Source of the DNA: Planctomycetota bacterium
Lineage (GTDB): Bacteria; Planctomycetota; Phycisphaerae; WQYP01
Reading direction: 5' to 3'
Assembly: GCA_021851715.1 (NCBI GenBank)
Contig: JAJZCR010000001.1
Coordinates: 7,517-71,516 of the forward strand
Length of the DNA: 64,000 bases
The notes under the pieces are model-generated. The model made no database searches, had not been told where the DNA came from, and saw only the letters and a program-made list of their open reading frames with translations. This document shows positions 48,362 through 58,243 of this stretch, in pieces; the stretch's first letter is position 1, and each line of letters opens with the position of its first letter. A program made the translations under genes and the position numbers.

Positions 48362-48858
48362 TGCTTGTGGTTTCTGAGCCAGCCCCGTCAACATCCTGAT
48401 CCGCATCGGGCAGATCGATGTGCTGCCTGTGTTGTTTAAATCCGTGGTGATCCCCACCGCCGTTGTACAAGAACTGACCCATCCAGCTACGCCTCAGAGG
48501 GTCCGGGACTGGATGGCCCGCCCACCGGTTTGGTTTTCTGTACGCTCCCCGTCGGCACCGGCACCTTTGACCATGTTACGTCATCGCGGTGAACGTGATG
48601 CCATCAGCCTTGCCCAGGAGATTCGCGCTGACGCCCTCCTGCTGGACGAAGCAAAAGCCCGCAACGAAGCGCTTTCTCTCGGCCGTTGCCGTCATCGGCA
48701 CTGTTGGCGTCCTCCAGCGAGCTGCTGACCAAGGACTGATTAACGACCTGAAGTCTGTGCATGACCCGTTCCGACAAGCCAAGTTCCACGTCAGCGAGAA
48801 GGTTCTACAAGATTCCTTGGCACGCCACGTGACCTTCCGACAGACTCGCGGCAAGTAA
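48361..48858 (+). pseudogene. DUF3368 PIN-domain toxin, doubly frameshifted
   Basis: Reconstructs as MLVVSD*ASPVNILIRIGQIDVLPVLFKSVVIPTAVVQEL...GERDAISLA...LLLDE...G*VAVIGTVGVL (* = frameshift). Confidence 0.8.
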
Positions 48859-48988
48859 TCCTGTACCATGGTTCTTCTTGCGCGGTCCCTCAAGTGGTGG
48901 CCGCTCCGCCGCTCCTGCAATGGACCATGCCGGGGTCGTATTTCGTAAGCCCCACAGGTAAGATATTACCATTCTGCGGGTGAATGAC

Positions 48989-50281
48989 ATGGCTATCGCG
49001 TTTCTTTCTCCCTGGTGGTTGATCGCTGCAGTGGTCGTCGCCGGACTGGCGCTGCTGGCAGTATGGTCGCTCGGGCTTACGCCAATGCCCACTTCCACCT
49101 TGCAATTCTGGCAGTCAGCGGCGAGTTCCGCAGGCCGTCAGGATTCACGCAAAATAGATCCGCTCTGGCTGCTGGTGGCGGTGGCCACAGCGCTGGCCGC
49201 CCTGGCTCTTTTACAGCCTATTCTCAAAACTTTTCCACCTCGATCCGCCATGCAGGCACCGCCCACCATCATTGCCGCCGGAGCCGCCATTCCGCAAGCC
49301 CAAACAGGCTCCATTTTCGTACGCTCGCGGACGCTGCTAACCGGTCCCGGCCCATTGCAACTCGACATTTCGTGGCCAGGTGGACGACAGGCCGAGCAAA
49401 TTTCCGCTCGTCAGCTTCAAGCCGGAATCACATTTGCTGGCATACCCACTTCCGCCAAAGTCTGGAACATTGCCCTGACTGCCACGGGCAACATCCTTTG
49501 GCGACAAACTTTGAAACGCCAAACGCCGCCGACCGTGGCCGTTAATTTTCTTGGGACGCCTCCACGGTCCCTGGTCCGTTTGTGCAGCTTGGTCAAAGGG
49601 GTGGCGATAAACAAGCTAGGGCTTCACCCTGCTTTGTGGATTCTCAAGACCGCCCATACCAGCCTTGGCCGAGCCTCCATCGCTCATGGTGATACGGTGC
49701 TGGCCATAGCTCCCGCAGTTCTGCCCGGTATTACCCTTCATTCACCAGATGCGATTGTTCCGGCCCGAGGCCGGGCCATGGCGCACTTGCTTCTGGAGAA
49801 GACCCTCTCTGATCGGCTGTTGGATCATGTCCGGCTGAATCAGATCGGATGCAGGATTTTTTACAAGGCGCACCTCAATGCACATTGGAAAGTACTGGTA
49901 ACGGCCACGGGCCAAGGTTTGGGTAGCCACCCATGGCCCTTCCTGGCCCAGCGTTATGAAAAAAACGGCAGTGTATGGGAGTTCTGGCTGGCGGTACCGT
50001 TGAATTTTCGCTCTACGTCCTGGCCCCGGCACAGCTCGTTTGTGATTTTTTTCGCCAATGTGCTCCAACGTCTGCGTGCCCACGGCCCAGCGGATATGTC
50101 GGTTACGCGGTGGGTGGCCCCGGCTTTACCGCTTACGCCCGGTAGCGCAGCACCGCATCAACCACCCGGCCCGAAGATCATTTCATTGGCGGGTTGGTTG
50201 GCCCTGGTGGCGGGGGGGCTGGTGACGGTGGCGATGGTTGGTTTTCTGCGGCGAATCTGGCCGGTTCGAACTGCACGATAA
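48989..50281 (+). CDS. Membrane protein with BatA-like N-terminal double-TM domain
   Basis: FLSPWWL...PTSTLQFW...LWLL...LALLQP; C-terminal TM. Confidence 0.6.
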   Translation: MAIAFLSPWWLIAAVVVAGLALLAVWSLGLTPMPTSTLQFWQSAASSAGRQDSRKIDPLWLLVAVATALAALALLQPILKTFPPRSAMQAPPTIIAAGAAIPQAQTGSIFVRSRTLLTGPGPLQLDISWPGGRQAEQISARQLQAGITFAGIPTSAKVWNIALTATGNILWRQTLKRQTPPTVAVNFLGTPPRSLVRLCSLVKGVAINKLGLHPALWILKTAHTSLGRASIAHGDTVLAIAPAVLPGITLHSPDAIVPARGRAMAHLLLEKTLSDRLLDHVRLNQIGCRIFYKAHLNAHWKVLVTATGQGLGSHPWPFLAQRYEKNGSVWEFWLAVPLNFRSTSWPRHSSFVIFFANVLQRLRAHGPADMSVTRWVAPALPLTPGSAAPHQPPGPKIISLAGWLALVAGGLVTVAMVGFLRRIWPVRTAR

Positions 50282-51134
50282 CATTATCAATCAGCCGGGT
50301 TGAACCCAGCCGCGCCGCCGCCAGCAGTACGCATGGATCCGCAATTTCCTGTGTATACGGTGCCAGAGTTGTCGGATCATACGCTGTGGCATAATCCACA
50401 CGTAACCCCGCGGCCGTGATGGCTTTCCGCAATTGCCCGGCCACTGCCTCGGCCGATGTGCCCCCGGCACGAATGTCCGCGGCAGCCTGGCTCAGTGCTG
50501 CGTAAATGGCCGCCGCCTTGGGGCGCTCATCGGCGCTAAGGTAACGGTTGCGGCTGCTCATCGCCAACCCATCGGCTTCACGCAGCGTGGGAGCCGTGAT
50601 CACCTGGACTGGCATGTCCAAATCCGCGATCATTTTTCTGAGAATAAACTGCTGCTGAAAATCCTTCTGTCCCAGCAGCAGGTGTGTGGGGGCGATGATA
50701 TGCAACAGTTTGGCCACTACGGTGCAAACGCCCCGGAAATGTCCCGGGCGAACCGCCCCTTCCAGTACCTCGCCATGGGAGCCGGGATCAACGGTAACTG
50801 CAGGCCCGCTGTGCGGATACATTTCCTCCCGCTCCGGGGCAAAAAGGCTCTGTGCATCCCATTGCGCCAGCAATTCCACGTCGGCGGCAAAAGGCCGCGG
50901 ATAGCGTGCAAAATCTTCTCCCGGCCCGAACTGCGTTGGGTTCACAAAAATCGATGTACACACGTGCCCGCCGCGCCCCACGATTTCCCCGGCCAGTTTC
51001 ACCAGGCTGCCATGTCCCTCGTGCAAAGCTCCCATGGTGGGTACAAAGGCAATCGGTTGGCCCGGTGCCAGCGTGCCGCGGAACCTGCGCCATTCCGCAG
51101 CAGTGCGGAAAATGTTCAGCGGCGATTGGGACAT
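50178..51134 (-). CDS. panC: Pantoate-beta-alanine ligase
   Basis: FVPTMGALHEGH, SIFVNPTQF, RPGHFRGV, GQKDFQQ, GLAMSSRN, RLIDN. Confidence 0.96.
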   Translation of the reverse strand: MSQSPLNIFRTAAEWRRFRGTLAPGQPIAFVPTMGALHEGHGSLVKLAGEIVGRGGHVCTSIFVNPTQFGPGEDFARYPRPFAADVELLAQWDAQSLFAPEREEMYPHSGPAVTVDPGSHGEVLEGAVRPGHFRGVCTVVAKLLHIIAPTHLLLGQKDFQQQFILRKMIADLDMPVQVITAPTLREADGLAMSSRNRYLSADERPKAAAIYAALSQAAADIRAGGTSAEAVAGQLRKAITAAGLRVDYATAYDPTTLAPYTQEIADPCVLLAAARLGSTRLIDNVIVQFEPARFAAENQPSPPSPAPPPPGPTNPPMK

Positions 51135-51283
51135 GGGTTTCATCATGGTGTGCATTGAAAGAGAGAATCCCCGGAATGTAAAGCGTCCGCGGGTTTCTGA
51201 CATCCGGCTTTCCTGTGGTAGAATAACGTGCCGCACCAGCGTGGACAGCACGACCAGTGTCAAAAGTACAGGATGAAAGCGCC

Positions 51284-52261
51284 ATGGCTCGAAAATTTAC
51301 CGATCTGACTGAAAAGGAAATCCTTGCCATGGCGATCACGCAGGAAGAAGAAGATGGCCGCATCTATGGCGAATTTGCCCTGACCTTGCGCCCCACATTC
51401 CCGGAATCTGCCAAGGTCTTTGACGAAATGCAAAAAGAAGAATCGGACCACCGGCACAGGCTCATCGAACTGTACCGGCAGCATTTCGGAGAGCATATTC
51501 CCCTGATTAAACGCGATGAAATCCGCGGGTTTATCAAGCGCAGTCCGCTTTGGCTGGTGCTGAAAAAAGGCCCCAAAGCCATGCGCCAACAGGCCGAAAT
51601 CATGGAACTGGAAACGCGGCGTTTTTATGAAAAGTCCGCCGCGCGTACCACCGATGCCTCCATTCGCAAATTGCTCATTGATCTGGCCGAGGCCGAGCAA
51701 AAACATTCCGATGTTGCCGCCCACCTGGGGGAGACCAACATTACATTCGACGTACAAAAACAGGAAGAGGAAGCGAACAAGAGATTGTTTGTGCTGCAAA
51801 TTGTCCAGCCCGGCCTTGTGGGCCTCATGGACGGTTCTGTTTCCACCCTGGCACCCATTTTTGCCGTGGCGTTTTTCAGCCATGATCCGTGGGCTGCCTT
51901 TCTGGCGGGGCTGGCTACGTCGGTAGGTGCTGGTATCTCCATGGGTTTTGCGGAAGCTCTTTCCGACGATGGTGCCCTGACCGGCCGCGGACACCCCTTC
52001 GTGCGGGGGATGGTCTGCGGCTTGATGACTGCGGCGGGCGGCCTGGGCCACACCCTGCCGTTTCTCATTCCGCATTTTTTTACTGCGACCAGTGTTGCGG
52101 CCGTGGTGGTGTTTTTTGAACTGATCGGAATCAGTTGGATTCGCTACCGGTTCATGGATACACCACTCTGGCAATCATTTCGCACGGTGTTCATCGGCGG
52201 CTTACTGGTCTTTCTCGCTGGTGTGGCCATCGGCTATTTTGGTCACGGCGTGGGAGGTTAA
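51284..52261 (+). CDS. mbfA: Iron exporter MbfA (rubrerythrin-like + VIT1/CCC1)
   Basis: EEEDGRIY, EESDHR, VQPGLVGLMDGSVSTLAP, ALSDDG. Confidence 0.9.
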   Translation: MARKFTDLTEKEILAMAITQEEEDGRIYGEFALTLRPTFPESAKVFDEMQKEESDHRHRLIELYRQHFGEHIPLIKRDEIRGFIKRSPLWLVLKKGPKAMRQQAEIMELETRRFYEKSAARTTDASIRKLLIDLAEAEQKHSDVAAHLGETNITFDVQKQEEEANKRLFVLQIVQPGLVGLMDGSVSTLAPIFAVAFFSHDPWAAFLAGLATSVGAGISMGFAEALSDDGALTGRGHPFVRGMVCGLMTAAGGLGHTLPFLIPHFFTATSVAAVVVFFELIGISWIRYRFMDTPLWQSFRTVFIGGLLVFLAGVAIGYFGHGVGG

Positions 52262-52356
52262 GCTGCAACATGAGCGTCTTACACATCGCCTGCGCCCAAT
52301 TCGGTGGGTGCCGCACAAGCCTTGAACAAGATGGCCTCATGGAATTATGGCCGAGG

Positions 52357-52779
52357 TTACTCATCGGCCACCGACCGCCATACGCTGGCGATAAGGCTGA
52401 AGATGGTGGTGAAGGTTAAAAGTATCCAGCGGCCGAAGGTCATTGGCCAGCCAAGCAGGGCATGCATGATCTGGTTAAGAAGCCAGTCGGTAAACCAGAC
52501 GGGTATCCAGCAGGCCAATACCAGTAAAATGGTCAGCACGATGCCGCCAAACCCCGCCTCGGCCACCGCATCTTCGGCGATGTACCAGCCGATGATTCCT
52601 CCGGCTACCGCCCCGATGAACGGGTCAAAAAGCATCGGAACTCCGCTGGCGGTGAGCTGGGTAATAAAAAAAATGATAACCCACACGCCGGCAATCCACA
52701 GGTCCTTTTTGGCCAGGAAAATCAGGAGTTGCCGCAATTCTTCCAATCCTGCCGGTATGCGTGAGCTTCGTTTCGGCAT
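52357..52779 (-). CDS. Hypothetical membrane protein
   Basis: 140-aa ORF with about four TM helices. Confidence 0.6.
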   Translation of the reverse strand: MPKRSSRIPAGLEELRQLLIFLAKKDLWIAGVWVIIFFITQLTASGVPMLFDPFIGAVAGGIIGWYIAEDAVAEAGFGGIVLTILLVLACWIPVWFTDWLLNQIMHALLGWPMTFGRWILLTFTTIFSLIASVWRSVADE

Positions 52780-52990
52780 GGCATGAATCCCGCATTACGG
52801 TCGTGGCGCTGCCAGCCCACGGAAAGTCGGGGCGTGGTTCGCCACTGTATATTCATTATATCACGGCCAGGTTCTGTGGCATTCGGGTCCGGGGGGAGGT
52901 GGGTGTAACTGCGTCCACTATGAAAGACGGGAGCCTGGAGCAGCGCTTCGCGAGAAAAAACGCCACGGGAACCGCAGATGTTTTCCAGCC

Positions 52991-53094
52991 TAGAGCGGTT
53001 CTCAAAAGTCTTGTTGCAGGTGTGGTATATATTCGTACATAAGGAACAATACATCACCTTAAAACATGCGACATTATTGATGAGAACTGCTCTA
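52991..53094. mobile_element. MITE with IS630-like termini
   Basis: TAGAGCGGTTCTCA ... TGAGAACTGCTCTA (13/14 inverted match, TA at both ends); AT-rich non-coding interior. Confidence 0.7.
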
Positions 53095-53128
53095 ACCGCA
53101 GGTTCCCGCCGCCCCCATTAGCACTGGC

Positions 53129-53173
53129 TTGACTTCCTGCGTGCCCAGCGTCTATAATTCGTCAATTGACGAA
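53129..53173 (+). promoter_or_regulatory. ars promoter and ArsR operator
   Basis: TTGACT-N18-TATAAT followed by perfect palindrome TTCGTCAATTGACGAA (53158-53173). Confidence 0.8.
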
Positions 53174-53215
53174 GTGTGGAAGTATTTTCCACGGGCACAG
53201 AGCACTGGAGCGGTC

Positions 53216-53587
53216 ATGATGATGCGTGAATTTATCCAAATGGCTGCGGCCCTTGCCGATCCGGCACGGGTGCGGGCATTGTTGGCGTTGCGCGATGGAG
53301 AATTGTGCCTGTGCCAAATTATTGACCTGCTGGGTTTGGCACCATCCACGGTTTCGCGTCATTTGAATCTGCTTTATCAGGCCAAATTGGTGGAACGGCG
53401 TAAGCAGGGACGATGGATGTATTTTACCCTGGCGGGTAAAGCCGCCTCGCCACCGGTGCAGCAGGCGATCGCCTGGGCCGGTGCCGCGCTGGCTGCGGAT
53501 GGCTTGATCAAACAGGACGCCCGGCGTGTGAAAAGCCTGTGCCGGCAGGACCTTGTGGAGCTTTGTGCATGTTATCGTCCAAGTTGA
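53216..53587 (+). CDS. arsR: ArsR/SmtB-family repressor
   Basis: ALADPARVRAL, ELCLCQI, STVSRHL, GRWMYF. Confidence 0.93.
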   Translation: MMMREFIQMAAALADPARVRALLALRDGELCLCQIIDLLGLAPSTVSRHLNLLYQAKLVERRKQGRWMYFTLAGKAASPPVQQAIAWAGAALAADGLIKQDARRVKSLCRQDLVELCACYRPS

Positions 53588-54054
53588 AAATTCTGTTTTT
53601 ATGTACGGGTAATTCCTGCCGCAGTCAGATGGCTGAAGGCTGGGCCAGGGCCTTGAAAGGGGATGTTCTGGAACCGTATTCGGCGGGCATTGAAGTGCAC
53701 GGCTTAAATCCCACTGCGGTCAAGGTGATGGCAGAAGCAGGTGTGGATATCAGCGGGCACCGGTCCAAGATGGTGAGTGAATTGAGGGATGTTTCTTTTG
53801 ACGCGGTGATTACCGTGTGCGGCCACGCCCACGAAACCTGCCCCGCCTGGCTGGATAAAAAAAGTACGCTGCGGCACGTGGGCTTTGATGACCCTCCCAA
53901 GTTGGCCAAAACCGCCAAAACCCCTGAGGAAGCATTGGGCCATTACCGGCGTGTACGTGATGAGATTCGGGCATTTGTACAAACGCTGCCGGAATCACTT
54001 GGCAAAAATGTTTTATCGGCGCAGGCCGGGGCTGGTGAAGGGAGCCGACGATGA
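53569..54054 (+). CDS. arsC: Arsenate reductase (LMW-PTP/thioredoxin type)
   Basis: LFLCTGNSCRSQMAEG, TVCGHAHETCP, FDDP, RVRDEI. Confidence 0.95.
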   Translation: MLSSKLKILFLCTGNSCRSQMAEGWARALKGDVLEPYSAGIEVHGLNPTAVKVMAEAGVDISGHRSKMVSELRDVSFDAVITVCGHAHETCPAWLDKKSTLRHVGFDDPPKLAKTAKTPEEALGHYRRVRDEIRAFVQTLPESLGKNVLSAQAGAGEGSRR

Positions 54055-54146
54055 AAGGTGTGTTCGCAGTATCTGATGCCGCCATGTGCTGTTCCACCGG
54101 CGTATGCGGGCCGGAGGCAGGCAAATCCGGAATGCAGGGCCTGTGA
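54051..54146 (+). CDS. arsD: 31-aa ArsD N-terminal peptide (mini-ArsD or remnant)
   Basis: MKGVFAVSDAAMCCSTGVCGPEAGKSGMQGL*; ATGA overlap with the arsC stop; not in the ORF track. Confidence 0.65.
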   Translation: MKGVFAVSDAAMCCSTGVCGPEAGKSGMQGL

Positions 54147-54207
54147 CGGAAAAGATCCTGGAGTCCTGGCGGTTGGCGTAAGCGGATCATAAAAAAGAAG
54201 CGCGAAC

Positions 54208-55380
54208 ATGTCACGGGTATTCAAAAAACTTTCGGTTCTCGACCGCTTTCTGACGCTGTGGATTTTCGCAGCCATGGGGGTGGGCATCGGGGTGGGATAT
54301 TTATGGAAGGGCTTGCCGCGGGTGATGGGGCATTTTGAGTTCGGCACCACCAACCTGCTTCTGGCCGCGGGCCTGATTTTGATGATGTATCCGCCGCTGG
54401 CCAAAGTCCGCTATGAAGAACTGGGTAAGGTATTTGGCAACGTCCGGGTGCTGGGGCTTTCGTTGCTGCAAAATTGGGTGATCGGCCCGATGGTGATGTT
54501 TGCCCTGGCGGCCCTGTTTTTACATGGCCATCCGATGTTTATGATCGGGCTGATTTTGATTGGTCTGGCCCGCTGCATCGCCATGGTGATTGTGTGGAAC
54601 GAGTTGGCACGCGGCGATACGGATTACGCCGCGGGTTTGGTGGCATTTAACAGTGTTTTTCAGGTGGTTTTTTACAGCTTGTATGCTTGGCTGTTTATTA
54701 AGGTGCTGCCGCCGCTGGTGGGGTTGCACTTTCCGGCGGTGAACCTGGCGGAAATTTCCATGGTAAGCATCGCCCGGAGCGTCTTTATTTATCTGGGTAT
54801 TCCATTTTTAGCTGGTCTGGTGACGAGAATGGTGCTGATACGTGCCTGCGGTAAGCCTTGGTATGAACAGCACTTTATCCCGCGCATCAGCCCCATAACC
54901 CTGGTGGCGCTGCTGTTTACCATTGTGGTGATGTTTGCGTATCAGGGTCGGCAGATCATAGGGGAGCCTGGTTCGGTAGTACTGATAGCGATACCCTTGC
55001 TGATTTATTTTGTGGTAATGTTTTTGATCAGTTTTTGGATGGGGCGTCGGATCGGGGCTGATTACGCCCAAACTGCGACCATTTCGTTCACGGCCGCCAG
55101 CAATAATTTTGAGCTGGCCATTGCCGTGGCGGTGGCGCTGTTTGGCGTGGCCAGCCCGGTGGCATTTACGGCGGTCATCGGCCCGTTGGTGGAAGTGCCG
55201 GTGATGATTGGTCTGGTGACTGTAGCACTGTATTTTCAGCGGCGTTATTTTGGCCGGACGGTGAGCAATGGCTTGCCCTCACCAGGCGCAGCAGCCTGCC
55301 CCACCTTCATTCCTACCGGTGTGGGAGGCGGGAGTGCTATTTCCGAACAAGGGGCCGGCTTGGGTCATAAGGAGTCTTAG
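54208..55380 (+). CDS. acr3: Arsenite efflux transporter Acr3
   Basis: [46 protein letters not shown]. Confidence 0.96.
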   Translation: MSRVFKKLSVLDRFLTLWIFAAMGVGIGVGYLWKGLPRVMGHFEFGTTNLLLAAGLILMMYPPLAKVRYEELGKVFGNVRVLGLSLLQNWVIGPMVMFALAALFLHGHPMFMIGLILIGLARCIAMVIVWNELARGDTDYAAGLVAFNSVFQVVFYSLYAWLFIKVLPPLVGLHFPAVNLAEISMVSIARSVFIYLGIPFLAGLVTRMVLIRACGKPWYEQHFIPRISPITLVALLFTIVVMFAYQGRQIIGEPGSVVLIAIPLLIYFVVMFLISFWMGRRIGADYAQTATISFTAASNNFELAIAVAVALFGVASPVAFTAVIGPLVEVPVMIGLVTVALYFQRRYFGRTVSNGLPSPGAAACPTFIPTGVGGGSAISEQGAGLGHKES

Positions 55381-55381
55381 C

Positions 55382-56329
55382 ATGTCTGAATCGATTGTTG
55401 ATACCGTGAAATCTCGTTATGGAGCCGTGGCCGAATCTTCTCTTTCCAGCCGGGATGTCGGCGTTCGGGCTGTGGCCGAGGCGTTTGGTTATACAGCGGT
55501 GGAATTGTTGGCGATTCCCGCTGACGCCAACATGGGGCTTTCCTGCGGCAATCCGACGGCGATGGCCTCGCTGAAGGCGGGGGAAGTAGTGGTGGATTTT
55601 GGCTGCGGCGGCGGGTTGGATGTATTTCTGGCGGCGGCGAAAGTGGGGCCGCAGGGCAAAGCCATCGGCATTGATATGACCCCGGCCATGATTGAGCGGG
55701 CACGAAAAAACGCCGCCCGTGGTCCGGATGGCCGGCCATACACGAATGTGGAATTCATTCTTGCCGCCATGGATCGGACCACATTGCCCAGTGGCAGTGT
55801 GGATTGCGTGATTTCTAATTGCGTGATCAATTTGGCCGAGGATAAGGCGGCGGTGTTTCGGGAAATAGAGCGGATACTCAAGCCCGGCGGGCGGCTGGCG
55901 ATCAGCGATATTGCGCTCAAAAAACCCCTGCCGCCGGAGTTGGCAAATAACGTGGCAGCCTATGTGGGTTGCATTGCGGGGGCCATATCGATGGAGGATT
56001 ATGAGCGGCAGCTTAAACACGCCGGATTGACACAAGTGGTGATCATGGATAGCGGAGCAGATTTGAATTCCTACGCCAAGGCGGAAGGCCAGAGCGGCTG
56101 CTGCGGACCGGCGATGAATGACCAGGCCGGCCAGGATGCCAATGCGTTGAAACCCGGGGGCGATTCGCCCTTACGGGTGCTGCCCGCCACGTGCTGCGAT
56201 CAGAATGCAGCGCATCGGGTCGGCGGGGTGGAAAAGCCTCTTCATGGGGTGATGCGCGATTTGCTGGCCCGTTACAACATCAACGATTACGCAGCCAGCG
56301 TGAAGGTGCTGGCGATTAAGCCGAATTAG
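55382..56329 (+). CDS. arsM: Arsenite S-adenosylmethionine methyltransferase
   Basis: [34 protein letters not shown]. Confidence 0.93.
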   Translation: MSESIVDTVKSRYGAVAESSLSSRDVGVRAVAEAFGYTAVELLAIPADANMGLSCGNPTAMASLKAGEVVVDFGCGGGLDVFLAAAKVGPQGKAIGIDMTPAMIERARKNAARGPDGRPYTNVEFILAAMDRTTLPSGSVDCVISNCVINLAEDKAAVFREIERILKPGGRLAISDIALKKPLPPELANNVAAYVGCIAGAISMEDYERQLKHAGLTQVVIMDSGADLNSYAKAEGQSGCCGPAMNDQAGQDANALKPGGDSPLRVLPATCCDQNAAHRVGGVEKPLHGVMRDLLARYNINDYAASVKVLAIKPN

Positions 56330-56468
56330 ACATTGGCAGGCGTGGCGATAACTGTGGTGAAAAATTGGCGCATGGAGCCACACCAGACGGTGCCGCAATG
56401 CAGCACAGCAGAGCACTGGGGCGGGCGGCAGGAACCTTTGCAATCGGGGTAAGGCTTAAACCAACAGA

Positions 56469-57149
56469 TCAAATAAGCTCCAGAAGCTTCTTGATTGGCG
56501 CAAGGCCGGAATGGTCTGCATTCCATAGCCCTGCTTTTGCGCTTTCGCCAAGCGTTTGCTCAGGCTTGGCTGACGCGGCAATTAAACTGTGCACTTTAAC
56601 CTTCGCTTTCCAGTTGTTGATCGCCGAGGAATCCCGGCGGTCTGGCTGCTGCAAACACGACATAAATCTCTCTACGCATTCCGGAGGCTGATTTCCCGCA
56701 TATGCCTCCAAAAGCATATCCTCTATACATCCAGATTCCTTTTCGTGGGGCACAATCAGGTAGGCTGTGTTGGGGCCACCGGCAGGACCCGGTGATGCGG
56801 GCTTCAGAGGTGCCTGTGGAACGGCGAGGCCCGCGGCTCGAAAGGCCGCTGATAGTGATCGAGCAGTTCCTGTTTTGTCACCCTCCGCATCATAAATCGC
56901 CCCAACCGCTTTCACATGTTCGCGGAAACCAGACGTACGAACAAGGACGTCAAACGCCGATTGCATGTCATCACGGCCACCACCATTTAAAACCCATATC
57001 TGTCGGGTTTGCAGCAATTTCGGGAATAGTCCGCGTATAAGGAACTCGAGGTTTTTGCCTTCGACTATCACAATCGCCCGTGTCTCCGGCGAGGGCTTAA
57101 AGCCTCCTGCGGAAACCGCAGCCGCGGTCCTGGCACCAGATAGGGCCAT
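56469..57149 (-). CDS. DUF3226-like TOPRIM-fold protein
   Basis: IVIVEG, IYDAEGD, GCIEDML motifs; ATG overlaps the ATPase stop (TGATG). Confidence 0.7.
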   Translation of the reverse strand: MALSGARTAAAVSAGGFKPSPETRAIVIVEGKNLEFLIRGLFPKLLQTRQIWVLNGGGRDDMQSAFDVLVRTSGFREHVKAVGAIYDAEGDKTGTARSLSAAFRAAGLAVPQAPLKPASPGPAGGPNTAYLIVPHEKESGCIEDMLLEAYAGNQPPECVERFMSCLQQPDRRDSSAINNWKAKVKVHSLIAASAKPEQTLGESAKAGLWNADHSGLAPIKKLLELI

Positions 57150-58243
57150 CAACGCACCTCAACGTCTATCTTTTCGGCTGTGCGCAACATCTCTGTGTCG
57201 TAACGTGTCGGCTCAACGTTACCATCTACCTGGCGGTCAAGCCGAAATATGGCCACATCGTTTGTGCCTTCCGGAAAGGCCTTGACCAAAGCTCGGAGCA
57301 TCTCTTCATTATGGGTTGAGCAAAATAGCTGCACCTTACATTGACTGCACATTGCGGCAACACCCTGCCAGAAGCCCGGCATCGTAGAATAATGGAGGCC
57401 AGAATCAATTTCGTCCACGATGACCATCTTGGCATTGCGGCCAGCTAAACCAGTTGCGATCAGGCAAATGCGGCAAAAGCCATCTCCCAAAAGCTGAATC
57501 GGCATGCGGCGCAATTGCTCGCCCAAATCGGCCAACACAGCAGTCTGGCCGCCACGCACTCCCGCCCACAGCCCCCGCACTTTCGGGTTGACAGTGCGCA
57601 ATAGTTCGTAAAGCATCTCCTCGAGCCTTTCCTGCGCCAGGTCGGTAAGAACATTTGCTGTCTCGTTGAGGCTTGTTGCCCTCCTCGCATGCACATAAAA
57701 GGCTCCCGGATCACCGCTTGCAACCAGGAACGGCGGCTGCGGTTGAAGAAGGCCTTGCGGCGTCAAAATGGCACGCATGTTGTCGCCGGTTGTTCTGGGC
57801 AGGATGCGGTAGAGCACGCCGCCTATGCGGTCTTCGCCAGTTGTAGCCGGTGGGCCGGGCTCAAAGATGTCGCCCGGCTTTTGTTCATCCTGACCGCCCA
57901 CGGCAGGAATGGTTCCGTAATCACCGAAAATCGCTGATATCTCCAGCCCGCGCTCTCCATGTTCGCCAGTGGCACCCAACGAAATCCGTACCCTTGGATC
58001 CAGATTGAAAAAAAAGCAGCGCAAGGGCACATCGAATTGCGGCGAAGCCCTCGGCTGATCACGCCAGGCCGCCAGGTTCAACAATAGTTGCGGGGCCGCC
58101 CTATTCCCCAGAATCATCAGCGATTCCAGCAGCGATGTTTTTCCGCAGCCGTTTTCACCAATGAAGATATTGAGGCGTGCCAACCCGTCAATCTTAAGCG
58201 ATTTTATGCCTCGAAAATTTTGTACCCGAATTTGAGAAAACAT
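57149..58243 (-). CDS. ABC-type (AAA_15/AAA_21) ATPase
   Basis: NFRGI, Walker A GENGCGKTS, signature LGDGF, Walker B IVDEIDSGLH, H-loop STHN; no TM helices. Confidence 0.9.
   Translation of the reverse strand: MFSQIRVQNFRGIKSLKIDGLARLNIFIGENGCGKTSLLESLMILGNRAAPQLLLNLAAWRDQPRASPQFDVPLRCFFFNLDPRVRISLGATGEHGERGLEISAIFGDYGTIPAVGGQDEQKPGDIFEPGPPATTGEDRIGGVLYRILPRTTGDNMRAILTPQGLLQPQPPFLVASGDPGAFYVHARRATSLNETANVLTDLAQERLEEMLYELLRTVNPKVRGLWAGVRGGQTAVLADLGEQLRRMPIQLLGDGFCRICLIATGLAGRNAKMVIVDEIDSGLHYSTMPGFWQGVAAMCSQCKVQLFCSTHNEEMLRALVKAFPEGTNDVAIFRLDRQVDGNVEPTRYDTEMLRTAEKIDVEVR

Noticed and set aside
54144..54210. Selenocysteine or readthrough at the mini-ArsD TGA
   Set aside because: The in-frame downstream sequence is not ArsD-like, and the TGA is not at a Cys position.
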